Notes: generated by a model not told the origin, from the sequence alone. DNA of 64,000 bases from an uncultured bacterium (GCA_949294095.1 CASFFZ010000012.1:79336-143335), one strand, 5' to 3'. Positions 45,533-54,942 are shown, counted from the stretch's first letter. Numbers and translations are program-made.

Positions 45533-45565
45533 GTCTGGCAGTTATTCCCTACTTAAGGAGCAAGA

Positions 45566-46507
45566 ATGGAACCTGTAACTACCACCGTGTCCGTCCTCAT
45601 GTGGATCGCCTTTTGGGTGATCGTGCTGGCGGCGTTGTTTGTGGATTTGGCGGTGCTTAACAAACACCACGGAAAAGTAAATATGAAAGAAGCGGCCCTA
45701 ATGGTATGCGCCTGGGTGTCGCTGGCGTTGCTGTTTGGCGGCGCCATTTGGCTGGTGGAAGGGCCGCGCCACGCCTTGGAGTTCTATACGGGTTACGTGT
45801 TGGAATACTCTTTGTCCATTGATAACATGTTTGTGTTTATCATGATTTTCGGCTACTTTGCCATTCCGCACGAGTTGCAGCCCAAAGCGCTTTTGTGGGG
45901 TATTTTGGGCGCGGTGGTAATGCGCTTTATCTTTATTTTCCTGGGCGTTAAGCTGATTTCTATGTTCTCGTGGACGATTTACGTCTTCGGCGCATTGCTG
46001 ATTTTTACCGCCGCCAAAATGCTTTTGCAAAAAGAAGACGAAAAATTTGACCCCAGCCAAGCCTTTGTACTCAAGGCGCTTAAAAAAGTGATGCCGCTGA
46101 AAACCGATTACCACGGCGAAAACTTTTTTGTATTGGAAAACGCCAAACGCTACGCCACGCCGCTGTTTGCGGCGGTGCTGGTAATTGAAATGTCGGACTT
46201 GATTTTCGCGGTGGACTCTATCCCCGCCGTGCTTTCCATCACGCAAGACACTTTTTTGGTGTACTCGTCCAACATTTTTGCCATCATCGGGCTGCGCTCC
46301 CTGTACTTTTTGCTTTCCGGGATGGCGGGCAAATTTCCGTATCTCAAATACGGTATTTCCGTCATTTTGTTCTTCGTAGGCGTAAAAATGCTGATTTCGC
46401 ACCATTTCAAAATTCCGGTGCTGGCGTCTTTGGGCGTGATTGTGGCCATTTTGGCCGCTTCCATTTTGGCAAGCAAGTTTTTCCCGCCCAAGCCCGCGCA
46501 AGACTAG
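45566..46507 (+). CDS. TerC/Alx-family integral membrane protein
   Basis: 313 aa polytopic protein. Has TGYVLEYSLSIDNMFVF and DLIFAVDSIPAVL, the duplicated TerC motifs. SD AAGGAG is 5 nt upstream. Confidence 0.85.
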   Translation: MEPVTTTVSVLMWIAFWVIVLAALFVDLAVLNKHHGKVNMKEAALMVCAWVSLALLFGGAIWLVEGPRHALEFYTGYVLEYSLSIDNMFVFIMIFGYFAIPHELQPKALLWGILGAVVMRFIFIFLGVKLISMFSWTIYVFGALLIFTAAKMLLQKEDEKFDPSQAFVLKALKKVMPLKTDYHGENFFVLENAKRYATPLFAAVLVIEMSDLIFAVDSIPAVLSITQDTFLVYSSNIFAIIGLRSLYFLLSGMAGKFPYLKYGISVILFFVGVKMLISHHFKIPVLASLGVIVAILAASILASKFFPPKPAQD

Positions 46508-46573
46508 ACAGAACGGACTTTTATTTACTAGAATATAGTAACCAAATTTAATTCAGTTACAAGGAAGGAAACT

Positions 46574-46768
46574 ATGGCGTATAAATGTGCAGTGTGCGGC
46601 AAAGCCCCGGTGTCCGGCGGCTCCTACAGCCACTCTAACTTAAGAACGAAAAGAAGCTTTAAACCGAACCTCCAAAAACAAAAAGTAGTCTTGGACGGCA
46701 AAACCCAGACTGCCTATGTGTGCACCGGCTGCATCAAGAGCGGTTTGGCAAAAAGACCTACCAAATAA
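46574..46768 (+). CDS. rpmB: 50S ribosomal protein L28
   Basis: 64 aa: MAYKCAVCGKAPVSGGSYSHSNLRTKRSFKPNLQ... Confidence 0.9.
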   Translation: MAYKCAVCGKAPVSGGSYSHSNLRTKRSFKPNLQKQKVVLDGKTQTAYVCTGCIKSGLAKRPTK

Positions 46769-46788
46769 GTCAGTTTTTTGGACAGAAC

Positions 46789-46822
46789 AGCCCGTGCTTA
46801 TTCCTTAGTGCGGGCTTTTTTA
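46789..46822 (+). terminator. terminator after rpmB
   Basis: agcccgtg (46789-46796) pairs with tgcgggct (46809-46816), including 2 G-U pairs, followed by TTTTTT. Confidence 0.5.
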
Positions 46823-46843
46823 TTAAAACACAAGGGGGATCCT

Positions 46844-49207
46844 TTGCCCAAACGTTTTTTATTACTGGTTTTAACCGTTTTGCTGGCTTTTCCGTACGCG
46901 CGCGCGGAGGAAACGGCCCCGCAGGAAGTAGATCCCAACGGCCCGTGGATGATTTGCGACGTAGCCGTCAGCGGGCTGAAAAACATCCGCAAAAAAACGG
47001 TTACCAAAGCCTCCCATTCCAAAAAGGGCGAGCTCTACGACCGCTTTACCATTTCCGAAGACATTCACGATATCTCCGCCCTGGGCAATTTTGACCAGGT
47101 GGAAATAGACATCTCCCGCATGCCCGGCACCCGCACCGAAAAAGACGGGCAGGAAGCCTATCCCTGCCACCGCATTACGTATCTGGTGCAGGAAAAACCC
47201 ATTTTTGACCGCCTGACCTACGAAGGGCGCAAACACCTGGGCAAGGGCGCCATTACCCAGGCGATGACGCTGAAGATTAAAGATCCGTTCAACGAAGCCA
47301 AGCTGGAAACCGATTTGGAGCGCATCAAAGCCAAATACGCCGAAAAAGGCTACATCAACGCCGACGTAACCTACGAACTGACCCGGGACGAAAAACTGGG
47401 CGTGGTGTACGTGAAGCTGATTATTAACGAGGGCGAACGCGTCCGCGTGGGGGCGGTGCATTTTAACGGCGAAGCGCCCGAACTGCCGGTGGAAAAAATC
47501 ATCAAAAAAGCCTCCAACCGCCCGGGCAAAGTGTTCAAGCCCCAGAACCTGCAAAAAGACTGGGTGAAAATGACGCTCTACGGCCGCAACGAAGGGTATT
47601 CCGAGTTTACCCTCTCGGCGCCGCAGGTGGAGATGAACGAAGCCAAAACCGAAGCCTCCATCACCTACGACCTGACCGAAGGCGAAAAAGTGCATTTTGG
47701 CAGCGTGGCTTTTGAAGGCAACAACGTATTTACGCAGGAGGAGTTGGACAAGCAGGTCTTCTTCCGCGAAGGCAAACTGTACAACCAAAAAGATTTTGAC
47801 GATACCATCGTTTCCATTCAGGAACAATACGCCAACAAAGGCTACCTGCAGGTGCGGGTAAACCCCGTCAAAAAGATTGAAAACGGCCGGCTGGACATTA
47901 CGTTTGACATCGCGGAAGGGCATATTTTCTATATTGACAACATAGACGTTACCGGCTACGAAAAAACCAAAAAATACGTCTTTACGCGCGAGCTTTCCAT
48001 CCATCCCGGCGATTTGTACGACAACGAAAAAATCCGCCGCAGCCAAACCAAAATTTTGAACTTGGGCTTTGTAAACGACGTACAGATAGACCTCCAGCCC
48101 ACGGCCGACCCGCAAAAAGTGGACTTGGGCTTTAACATCGTAGAAGGCCGCCCCGGCATGTTTACGGCCGGTTTGGCCATGAGCTCCATGGACGGCTTGT
48201 ACGGCGAAGTTTCCATCAACCATATGAACCTGTTCGGGCGGGCTCAGCGCCTGTCTTTGCGCACCTTGTTCGGGAAGGAAATTTTGGATTACACCGTCAG
48301 CTGGTCTACGCCGTGGATTTACGACAAACCCACCTCGCTGGGCATTGATTTGTTCAACACCCGCCGCTACCGCTCGTTCTACACCGAAAACCAGGCCTAC
48401 ACCGAAAAACGCCTGGGCGGCCGCATCAAAGTAGGCCCGCGCTTTAACGACGACATTTACCAGCTTTCGTTCGGCTATTCGTTTGAAAACATTGACATTT
48501 ACGACATAGACGCCCAATTCCTGCCGCCCAACGCCGACCCCGGCGACCCCAACTACCTGCAAAAAGGGGACACGAATATGTCCACCTTCAGCGTAGACTT
48601 CGCCATCGATACGCGCGACAATATCTGGGATCCCACCCGCGGCTGGCGCAACTCCCTGGGCTTGGCCTTAGCCGGCGGCCCGATCGGGGGCGATTTGGAT
48701 TTGTGGTACTTAAACGCGCGCTCCATTTTCAACCACACGGTGTGGAACGTGGGCGGAAACTACCCCATTGTGTTTGTCTTGTCCAACAAAATCGGCTCCG
48801 TGCAGGCGTACGGACGCACGGAAGAAGTGCCGCCGTATGAAAAGTTCTTCCTGGGCGGGGCGGACACGATCCGCGGGTACGAACGCGCGGGCGAAGTGGG
48901 GCCGCTTTACGGCGGGGACATGTACTACGTGATGAATGCGGAACTGCGCTTCCCGCTGGCGCGCGAAGGCCGGCGCAACATGGCGCAGCTGGCGTTCTTC
49001 TTTGACTTGGGCAACTCGTGGAACAAGTTTGACGATTTGGAATTTTCGCTGGGCCCGGATGTAAACCAGTTTAAAGCCGGCGTAGGCGTAGGCTTGCGGT
49101 TTACCACGCCGTCCTTGCCGATCCGTATTGACTGGGGGTACGGCCTGAACCACAAGTCCAACGAAGACCGTTCCCATTTCTACTTCAACATCTCTAACAT
49201 GATGTAG
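46844..49207 (+). CDS. bamA: outer membrane protein assembly factor BamA
   Basis: POTRA repeats plus a C-terminal Omp85 barrel (..RGY..., final ...FYFNISNMM). I prefer the in-frame TTG at 46844, which has an AAGGGGG SD and gives the signal peptide M-PKRFLLLVLTVLLAFPYARA. The track start 46778 would span the rpmB terminator. Confidence 0.85.
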   Translation: MPKRFLLLVLTVLLAFPYARAEETAPQEVDPNGPWMICDVAVSGLKNIRKKTVTKASHSKKGELYDRFTISEDIHDISALGNFDQVEIDISRMPGTRTEKDGQEAYPCHRITYLVQEKPIFDRLTYEGRKHLGKGAITQAMTLKIKDPFNEAKLETDLERIKAKYAEKGYINADVTYELTRDEKLGVVYVKLIINEGERVRVGAVHFNGEAPELPVEKIIKKASNRPGKVFKPQNLQKDWVKMTLYGRNEGYSEFTLSAPQVEMNEAKTEASITYDLTEGEKVHFGSVAFEGNNVFTQEELDKQVFFREGKLYNQKDFDDTIVSIQEQYANKGYLQVRVNPVKKIENGRLDITFDIAEGHIFYIDNIDVTGYEKTKKYVFTRELSIHPGDLYDNEKIRRSQTKILNLGFVNDVQIDLQPTADPQKVDLGFNIVEGRPGMFTAGLAMSSMDGLYGEVSINHMNLFGRAQRLSLRTLFGKEILDYTVSWSTPWIYDKPTSLGIDLFNTRRYRSFYTENQAYTEKRLGGRIKVGPRFNDDIYQLSFGYSFENIDIYDIDAQFLPPNADPGDPNYLQKGDTNMSTFSVDFAIDTRDNIWDPTRGWRNSLGLALAGGPIGGDLDLWYLNARSIFNHTVWNVGGNYPIVFVLSNKIGSVQAYGRTEEVPPYEKFFLGGADTIRGYERAGEVGPLYGGDMYYVMNAELRFPLAREGRRNMAQLAFFFDLGNSWNKFDDLEFSLGPDVNQFKAGVGVGLRFTTPSLPIRIDWGYGLNHKSNEDRSHFYFNISNMM

Positions 49208-49214
49208 GAGGCGT

Positions 49215-50240
49215 ATGAAGAAAGTTTGGCTGTTTTTACTGGCACTTGGTTTAAGCGCACCGCTGGCCGCGCAGGAAGCTTCGGCAGATAAGCTCTCGCC
49301 CGAAGAAGCGGCGGCCGTGGCGTCCATTTTGGCCAAAACAGCCGCCCAGCAGGCCCCCGAGGAAGACGATAAAATCGTCCTGCCCGAGGAAACCAAAAAA
49401 CAGGCGTTTGACGAGCTCAACCCGCCCAAGCCCGCCGAAACGTCGGCCGCGGCCGAAGCGCAAACGCCCGGCCAGACGGCGCAAACGAACGCCCCTGTCA
49501 GGCCGCTAGATCAGGAGGGATCTTCCTCGCCAGCCGATACGACGGCCGCCCCGCCGCAAACGCCGGGGGATCCGTCGGCCACGCCGGAACAGGAACCGCC
49601 CGCCAAGTGTTTGACGGTAGCGTATATTGATATAGACGAAGCGTTTAACGAACACCCGCGCACGATTGCGGTAAAAGAGCAAATCCGGCTGAAGATTTTG
49701 TCAAAAGAAGAAGAAGTCCGCGGGGCCAAAACGCTCATAGAGGCCTTGGAAACCGAAAACGCCCAACTGGCCCGGCAGGTGCGGGAATTAAAACCCTATT
49801 ACGAGCGCATTGTGGTGGAGCCGCAGCCGCTGCTGCCCAAAATAGAAGAAAGCGCCGACGCGCTGCAGCTGGGCAACATTTTAAACCGGCTGACGTTTTC
49901 CGGTACGGAAATTTTATCCACCAGCCCGCTCAACACGCCGGCCGAGTTGGATGATTTAACGGCGCGGATAGCGTCTAACAAAAAAATTATTGCAGAGCGC
50001 AGTTTTTTTATTGATAATTATAAATATAACACCCGCGAAGAAATTTTGCAGCTGGAAAAGAAAGAAGTAAACGAGATTTTAAAAGACATTTACACAGAAA
50101 TAAAATCGTTCGCCAAGAAAAGAAACGTCGGCGCGATCGTACGCAAAGACGAGGTCTTGTACGGGGAACGGCCGGTCAACGTAACCAAGGATTTTATAGA
50201 CCGGCTGAAAAAATCCAAAAAATACCGCAAACGCGGCTGA
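49215..50240 (+). CDS. skp: Skp/OmpH-like periplasmic chaperone with long low-complexity N-terminal extension
   Basis: Signal peptide, then about 130 aa of Pro/Ala/Glu/Thr-rich sequence, then an OmpH-like coiled region (VAYIDIDEAFNEHP...). It occupies the canonical bamA-skp-lpxD position. Confidence 0.65.
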   Translation: MKKVWLFLLALGLSAPLAAQEASADKLSPEEAAAVASILAKTAAQQAPEEDDKIVLPEETKKQAFDELNPPKPAETSAAAEAQTPGQTAQTNAPVRPLDQEGSSSPADTTAAPPQTPGDPSATPEQEPPAKCLTVAYIDIDEAFNEHPRTIAVKEQIRLKILSKEEEVRGAKTLIEALETENAQLARQVRELKPYYERIVVEPQPLLPKIEESADALQLGNILNRLTFSGTEILSTSPLNTPAELDDLTARIASNKKIIAERSFFIDNYKYNTREEILQLEKKEVNEILKDIYTEIKSFAKKRNVGAIVRKDEVLYGERPVNVTKDFIDRLKKSKKYRKRG

Positions 50241-50254
50241 AACAGAGGTTTCCT

Positions 50255-51331
50255 ATGCTCAACCTATCCCTCAGTGAAGTAGCTAAAATCACCGGCGCCG
50301 AACCGGGCGCCAAGCAGGACGTAACCGTGCGCGAACTCTGCGCCTTGGAGGATGCCCGCGAAGGCGGCATTTGCTATTTAACTTCGCTGGAAAAAACCGA
50401 TTTGTTAAAAGACTTAAAGGCTTCCGTCCTCATTGTGCCGCAGGAAGCCAAAGGCAAGGAACTCCCGTTCCCGGGGGCCCTGCTCTACGCCCAAAACCCG
50501 GAGTGGGCTTTTATTTTGCTGATGAAATATGCAGACGCCCAAAAACAAAAACATACGCCGGGCATCCACCCCACGGCCGTCATCAGCCCTTCGGCCAAGC
50601 TGGGGGCGGACGTTTGCGTAGGGGCCTACACCGTCATTGAAGACGGCGTTACCGTGGGCGACGGAACGGTCATCTTTCCGCAGTGCTATATCGGCAAGAA
50701 CGTAACCATCGGCAAGAACTGCTATATTTACCCGCAGGTGGTCATCCGCGAAGAATGCGTGCTGAAAGATTATGTCATTTTGCAGGCGGGGGCCAAAATC
50801 GGCTCGGACGGATTCGGATTTACCTTTCACGAAGGCCGGCACCAAAAAATTCCGCAAATCGGCAACGTAGTGCTGGGAAACGACGTGGAAGTGCAGTCCA
50901 ACACATGCATTGACCGCGCCAAAATTTCCAGCACGTATATCGGCGACAATACCAAGATAGACAACCTCGTCCAGGTGGGGCACAACGTAAAAGTGGGCAT
51001 GAGCACCATTATGTGCGCCCAAGTGGGCGTAGCCGGCACGACGGACATCGGCAACGGCGTGATTTTGGCGGGGCAAGTGGGCCTTGCCGGCCATATGAAA
51101 ATAGGCGACCGCGTGCAAATTGGCGCCCAGTCGGGGGTTATTTCGTCCATTCCGGCGGGGCAGGTGTACTTTGGCTACCCGGCCATGCCCCAGCGGGAAG
51201 CTTTTAAACAGCAGGCGATGCTTCGCAAACTGCCCGAGCTGTACAAAGAATTCCGCGCAATGAAAAAACAAGCCGACGAAGTGCAAAAATTATCGTTTTT
51301 TGGAAAACTGAAAAAATTATTAGGATTGTAA
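50255..51331 (+). CDS. lpxD: UDP-3-O-acylglucosamine N-acyltransferase
   Basis: 358 aa with LbH hexapeptide repeats, the GHNVKVG catalytic-His region, and matching synteny. Confidence 0.9.
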   Translation: MLNLSLSEVAKITGAEPGAKQDVTVRELCALEDAREGGICYLTSLEKTDLLKDLKASVLIVPQEAKGKELPFPGALLYAQNPEWAFILLMKYADAQKQKHTPGIHPTAVISPSAKLGADVCVGAYTVIEDGVTVGDGTVIFPQCYIGKNVTIGKNCYIYPQVVIREECVLKDYVILQAGAKIGSDGFGFTFHEGRHQKIPQIGNVVLGNDVEVQSNTCIDRAKISSTYIGDNTKIDNLVQVGHNVKVGMSTIMCAQVGVAGTTDIGNGVILAGQVGLAGHMKIGDRVQIGAQSGVISSIPAGQVYFGYPAMPQREAFKQQAMLRKLPELYKEFRAMKKQADEVQKLSFFGKLKKLLGL

Positions 51332-51332
51332 T

Positions 51333-52157
51333 ATGAGAAAAACGCTTTCTTCCCCAGCCGTGGTCAGCGGCGTAGGCCTGCACACGGGCGTACCCGCCAC
51401 CATGACGTTTAAACCCGCCGACAACGGCATTACTTTTCTGCGTACGGATATCGCCGGCGCCAAACCGATTGCGGCGCACGTCAACAGCGTCAGCTCCACG
51501 CTGCGCGGCACCAACCTCAAAAACGAAACGGCCGAAGTCTGGACGGTGGAACACGCCCTTTCTGCCCTGCACGCTTTGGGCATTACGGACGCAGCGGTGG
51601 AAATGGACGGCCCCGAACCGCCCGTAACCGACGGCGCCAGCGACCTCTATATAGAAGCCCTTCAAAAAGCCGGTTTAAAGGAACTCCCGGCCGAGCAGCC
51701 TCTTTTAAACATCAAACAAAAAATCACCTACTCCAGCGGCAACATTTCCTACAGCGCCGAACCCGCCGATAAGCTGACGTTTACGTTTTTGTTCCTGCAT
51801 AAGCATCCGCTCGTCAGCCGGCAGGAATTTACGCTGGAATTTACGCCGGAAAACTATATCAAAGAAATTTCCCGCGCGCGTACGTTCGGGTTTGAAGAAG
51901 AGCTTGCCTTTTTAAAGGCGCACGGGCTGGCCAAAGGCGGCAATTTGGAAAACGCCGTCATCGTAGGGAAGGACAAATTCATCAACGAACTGCGCTACCC
52001 GGACGAACTGGTGCGCCACAAAATTTTAGACCTGGTGGGCGATTTAAGCCTGACCGGGCGCAAGCTGCCGCCGCTTAAAATTACCTGTGCCTGCGGCGGA
52101 CACAAACACAACATCATTTTTGCCAAAATCCTTTTGGCCAATTCGGAGGACAAATGA
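51333..52157 (+). CDS. lpxC: UDP-3-O-acyl-GlcNAc deacetylase
   Basis: 274 aa. Has SGVGLHTG, EHALSAL and HKILDLVGDL motifs. Confidence 0.9.
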   Translation: MRKTLSSPAVVSGVGLHTGVPATMTFKPADNGITFLRTDIAGAKPIAAHVNSVSSTLRGTNLKNETAEVWTVEHALSALHALGITDAAVEMDGPEPPVTDGASDLYIEALQKAGLKELPAEQPLLNIKQKITYSSGNISYSAEPADKLTFTFLFLHKHPLVSRQEFTLEFTPENYIKEISRARTFGFEEELAFLKAHGLAKGGNLENAVIVGKDKFINELRYPDELVRHKILDLVGDLSLTGRKLPPLKITCACGGHKHNIIFAKILLANSEDK

Positions 52158-52645
52158 GTGCCAAATCTGCCAGTTTAAAAGATTTCCTGACCATGACCCC
52201 TGTCAAAATTTACGATCAGGAACATATTAAAAGCAATATCCCCCACCGCGAGCCGTTTTTGCTCGTAGATGAGGTGTGGGAGCTGGAACCCGACAAAAAA
52301 TACTTGGGCATCCGGCACGTCCGCCCGGACGAATACTACTTTCAGGGCCACTTTCCCGGCCGGCCGGTAATGCCGGGCGTACTGGTGGTAGAAAGCATGT
52401 CCCAGGCGTTTGGCGGCGCCATCATGAGCCGCACCGTCGGCGAAAATAAAGGCATCCCGCTGTTTTTAAGTATCGACGAGGCCAAATTCCGCGGTATGGT
52501 GCAGCCCGGCGATACGCTGCAAATGCCCATTGAAGTGCTGCGTTTGGGCAAAATCGCCAAAATTTATGCGGAAGCTTACGTGAACGGCAAGTTGTGCGCG
52601 CAAGCCACCCTGAACTTCATCCTAGGAGAAACTTCCCATGTCTAA
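52154..52645 (+). CDS. fabZ: 3-hydroxyacyl-ACP dehydratase
   Basis: 163 aa. Has the LPHREPFLLVD and FQGHFPGRPVMPGVL motifs and is ATGA-coupled to lpxC. Confidence 0.9.
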   Translation: MSAKSASLKDFLTMTPVKIYDQEHIKSNIPHREPFLLVDEVWELEPDKKYLGIRHVRPDEYYFQGHFPGRPVMPGVLVVESMSQAFGGAIMSRTVGENKGIPLFLSIDEAKFRGMVQPGDTLQMPIEVLRLGKIAKIYAEAYVNGKLCAQATLNFILGETSHV

Positions 52646-53435
52646 CATTCACCCCACGGCCATCATTGATCCGGCCGCCCAAATAGATCCCTCCACCACC
52701 GTCGGCCCCTATACCATTATCGGAGCGGATGTGGTCATCGGCAAAAACAACAAAATCGGCCCTTACTGCGTGATTGAAAACACCACTATGGGTGACGGGA
52801 ACGAACTGATTGCCAGCTCGTTCGTAGGCGTCAAGCCGCAGGATTTGTCGTATAACGACGAACCCACCCGCGTAACCATCGGAAACGGCAACAAAATCCG
52901 CGAATGCGTAACGATTCACCGCTCCACCAAGCTTGACAGCCCCACCTCCATCGGCAACAACTGCCTGCTGATGGCCAACTCCCACATTGCCCACGACTGC
53001 CATTTAGGCAACAACATCATTATTGCCAACAGCACCGGCGTGGCCGGGCACGTGGTCGTGGAAGACCGTGTCGTGATGTCCGGCATGGTGGGCATTCACC
53101 AATTTGTACGCGTGGGCACGATGGCAATGCTTTCGGGCGGGGCCATGCTGCCGCTGGACATCCCCCCCTACTGCATTGCCCAAGGGGAACGGGCACGCCT
53201 GGTGGGCCTGAACTTGGTGGGCATGCGCCGCGGCGGGCTTTCGCGCGAAACCATTTTGGAAATCAGACGCGCCTATAAGCACCTGTTCCGCAGCGGCAAA
53301 CGCCTGCAGGACGCGATGGACGAACTGGAAGCCACGCACCCCTGCAAAGAAGTGCAGCATATGATTGACTTTTGCCGCGCCTCTTCCCGCGGGGTGGCCA
53401 TGGCCAAACGCAAAGTAAACGAGAATGACGACTAA
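52638..53435 (+). CDS. lpxA: acyl-ACP--UDP-GlcNAc O-acyltransferase
   Basis: 265 aa with the IHPTAIIDP start, hexapeptide repeats and a helical C-terminus. Confidence 0.9.
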   Translation: MSNIHPTAIIDPAAQIDPSTTVGPYTIIGADVVIGKNNKIGPYCVIENTTMGDGNELIASSFVGVKPQDLSYNDEPTRVTIGNGNKIRECVTIHRSTKLDSPTSIGNNCLLMANSHIAHDCHLGNNIIIANSTGVAGHVVVEDRVVMSGMVGIHQFVRVGTMAMLSGGAMLPLDIPPYCIAQGERARLVGLNLVGMRRGGLSRETILEIRRAYKHLFRSGKRLQDAMDELEATHPCKEVQHMIDFCRASSRGVAMAKRKVNENDD

Positions 53436-54252
53436 GAAAATCGGCCTCATCGCCGGCGAAGGGAAAATGCCCCTCTATATTGCCCAAAAGGCTGCCGCCC
53501 AAGGGTACGAGGTATACGTCGCCGGCGCCAAAGGCAACGCCAAAGAAGAAGATTTCAAAACCTGCGCCCGCGTGTTCCGTGCGTTTCGGCTGGGGCAGCT
53601 GGGCGCGGGCATTCGCTTCTTTAAAGAACACGGCGTTACGCGCGTGGTCATGGCGGGGCGCGTGCAGCACACGTCTATTTTCTCTAACCTCATGCCGGAT
53701 TTGCGAGGCGCCAAGTTTTTGGCTTCGCTTAAAAATATGCAGGCCAAAAACATCCTCTCCCGCGTGATGGACGAATTTAAAAAAGACGGCATTGAATTTG
53801 AAAACTCCGCCTTATTCCTGGAAGATTTTATGCCCCAAAAAGGCGTTTTGTCCGTCCGCACCCCCACGCCGGAGGAAGAACAAGCCGCGGCCTTTGGCTA
53901 CAAAATTGCCAAAGCGATTGCCGCGCTGGACATCGGCCTTACGTGCGTCGTCAGCCAGAACGCCGTCATTGCCGTAGAAGGGATGGAAGGCACCGACCGT
54001 TGCATCCTGCGCGCGGGCGAGCTGTATAAAAGCTCGGCCGAAAAAAAATCCGCCGTGGCGGTTGTAAAAGTGGCCCGCCCGGATCAGGACAGCCGTTTTG
54101 ATCTGCCCGTCATCGGCAAAGGCACGGTGGAAAGCCTGCACCAAGCCGGGTTTGGCGTACTGGCGTTTGAAGCCGGCAAAACCTTGGTGCTGGATTTGGA
54201 AGAAGTCATCGCATTGGCCGATAAATACAAGGTGTGCCTAATGGCCGTCTAA
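53425..54252 (+). CDS. lpxI: UDP-2,3-diacylglucosamine diphosphatase LpxI (DUF1009)
   Basis: 275 aa with KIGLIAGEGKMPLYIA at the N-terminus and EGTDRCI in the C-terminal domain. It lies directly after lpxA. Confidence 0.7.
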   Translation: MTTKKIGLIAGEGKMPLYIAQKAAAQGYEVYVAGAKGNAKEEDFKTCARVFRAFRLGQLGAGIRFFKEHGVTRVVMAGRVQHTSIFSNLMPDLRGAKFLASLKNMQAKNILSRVMDEFKKDGIEFENSALFLEDFMPQKGVLSVRTPTPEEEQAAAFGYKIAKAIAALDIGLTCVVSQNAVIAVEGMEGTDRCILRAGELYKSSAEKKSAVAVVKVARPDQDSRFDLPVIGKGTVESLHQAGFGVLAFEAGKTLVLDLEEVIALADKYKVCLMAV

Positions 54253-54283
54253 AGGTTCTCTTGCGGGGGCGGTGTGTCTAATG

Positions 54284-54832
54284 CTACGGCAGGGTGTATC
54301 GGGCAGATTCCATACTATCGCCTTTTTTCTCCAAGGTTCCCTGCTCTATCTTTTCACAAAAAGCGCCGGGCTCAGCCGTGTAGGTGCCGTTGCGGGTTTC
54401 CATACATAACATAGGGGTATCTTTCGTCAGTGCTACACTAAACCCGGCACATTTATATTTTCCGGTGTTCCATGCAATCGCTACGCCGAAATGGTTTTGA
54501 TATGTATTTAAAACCATCTCTTTATCATCATCTACTCGCCACGCTTGTGCAGAACCATCCGTCGCCAAGTTACACGTCCCCCTTGACCCGTCAGTTCCCG
54601 CCTTCCACGGAATATCCAAATCCAGCTGGTCAAACCGGGTAGCATATTGGCCATTCGCCATATAATACACTCTTTCCGCGTCAACCACACTGCGCAGCAA
54701 GCTTTTCATACCGGCGTTTCGGCTTTTCCAAACTGCTTTTTCGTACTGCGGCAGCGCCACCGCCGCCAAAATACCAATGATTAAAACGACCACTAACAGC
54801 TCTATTAGCGTAAATCCACGTCTTTTCTGCAT
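54284..54832 (-). CDS. prepilin-type N-terminal cleavage/methylation domain protein (pilin-like)
   Basis: MQKRRGFTLIELLVVVLIIGILAAVALPQYEKAVWKSR, with a Cys pair in the C-terminal half. The gene is AT-rich. Confidence 0.8.
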   Translation of the reverse strand: MQKRRGFTLIELLVVVLIIGILAAVALPQYEKAVWKSRNAGMKSLLRSVVDAERVYYMANGQYATRFDQLDLDIPWKAGTDGSRGTCNLATDGSAQAWRVDDDKEMVLNTYQNHFGVAIAWNTGKYKCAGFSVALTKDTPMLCMETRNGTYTAEPGAFCEKIEQGTLEKKGDSMESARYTLP

Positions 54833-54868
54833 AAAACACCTCCCCCCTGTGCACGGGGCAATATTCCC

Positions 54869-54896
54869 AATTTATCAAAAAAAAAAAACGAGTCAA
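54869..54896 (-). promoter_or_regulatory. promoter of the pilin-like gene (TTGACT-16 nt-TAAATT)
   Basis: The rc of 54891-54896 is TTGACT and the rc of 54869-54874 is TAAATT. The spacer contains a T12 run. Confidence 0.5.
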
Positions 54897-54942
54897 GGCC
54901 TCCCCAAAAGGAACCAACGATGGGAACGGGTCCGCCTCTCAA

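Noticed and set aside
45503-45565. yybP-ykoY (Mn2+) riboswitch upstream of terC
   Set aside because: Only 63 nt are available, most of them taken by the tRNA terminator and the SD. That is far too short for the ~100+ nt four-helix element, and I see none of its conserved loops.
45350-46507. Integrated element at tRNA-Thr
   Set aside because: There is no integrase, no direct repeat of the tRNA 3' end, and the downstream genes (terC, rpmB, bamA) are core functions.
46778-46843. TTG start of bamA at 46778
   Set aside because: This segment contains the rpmB terminator hairpin and T-run (46789-46822). The in-frame TTG at 46844 has an SD and yields a clean signal peptide.
46871-48562. 563-aa ORF on the minus strand, the longest 'extra' ORF in the track
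   Set aside because: It lies entirely antisense to bamA, which has clear POTRA/Omp85 features. Its translation is the V/F/G/A-rich, motif-free sequence typical of the complementary frame of a GC3-rich gene. It has no SD and no independent start context.
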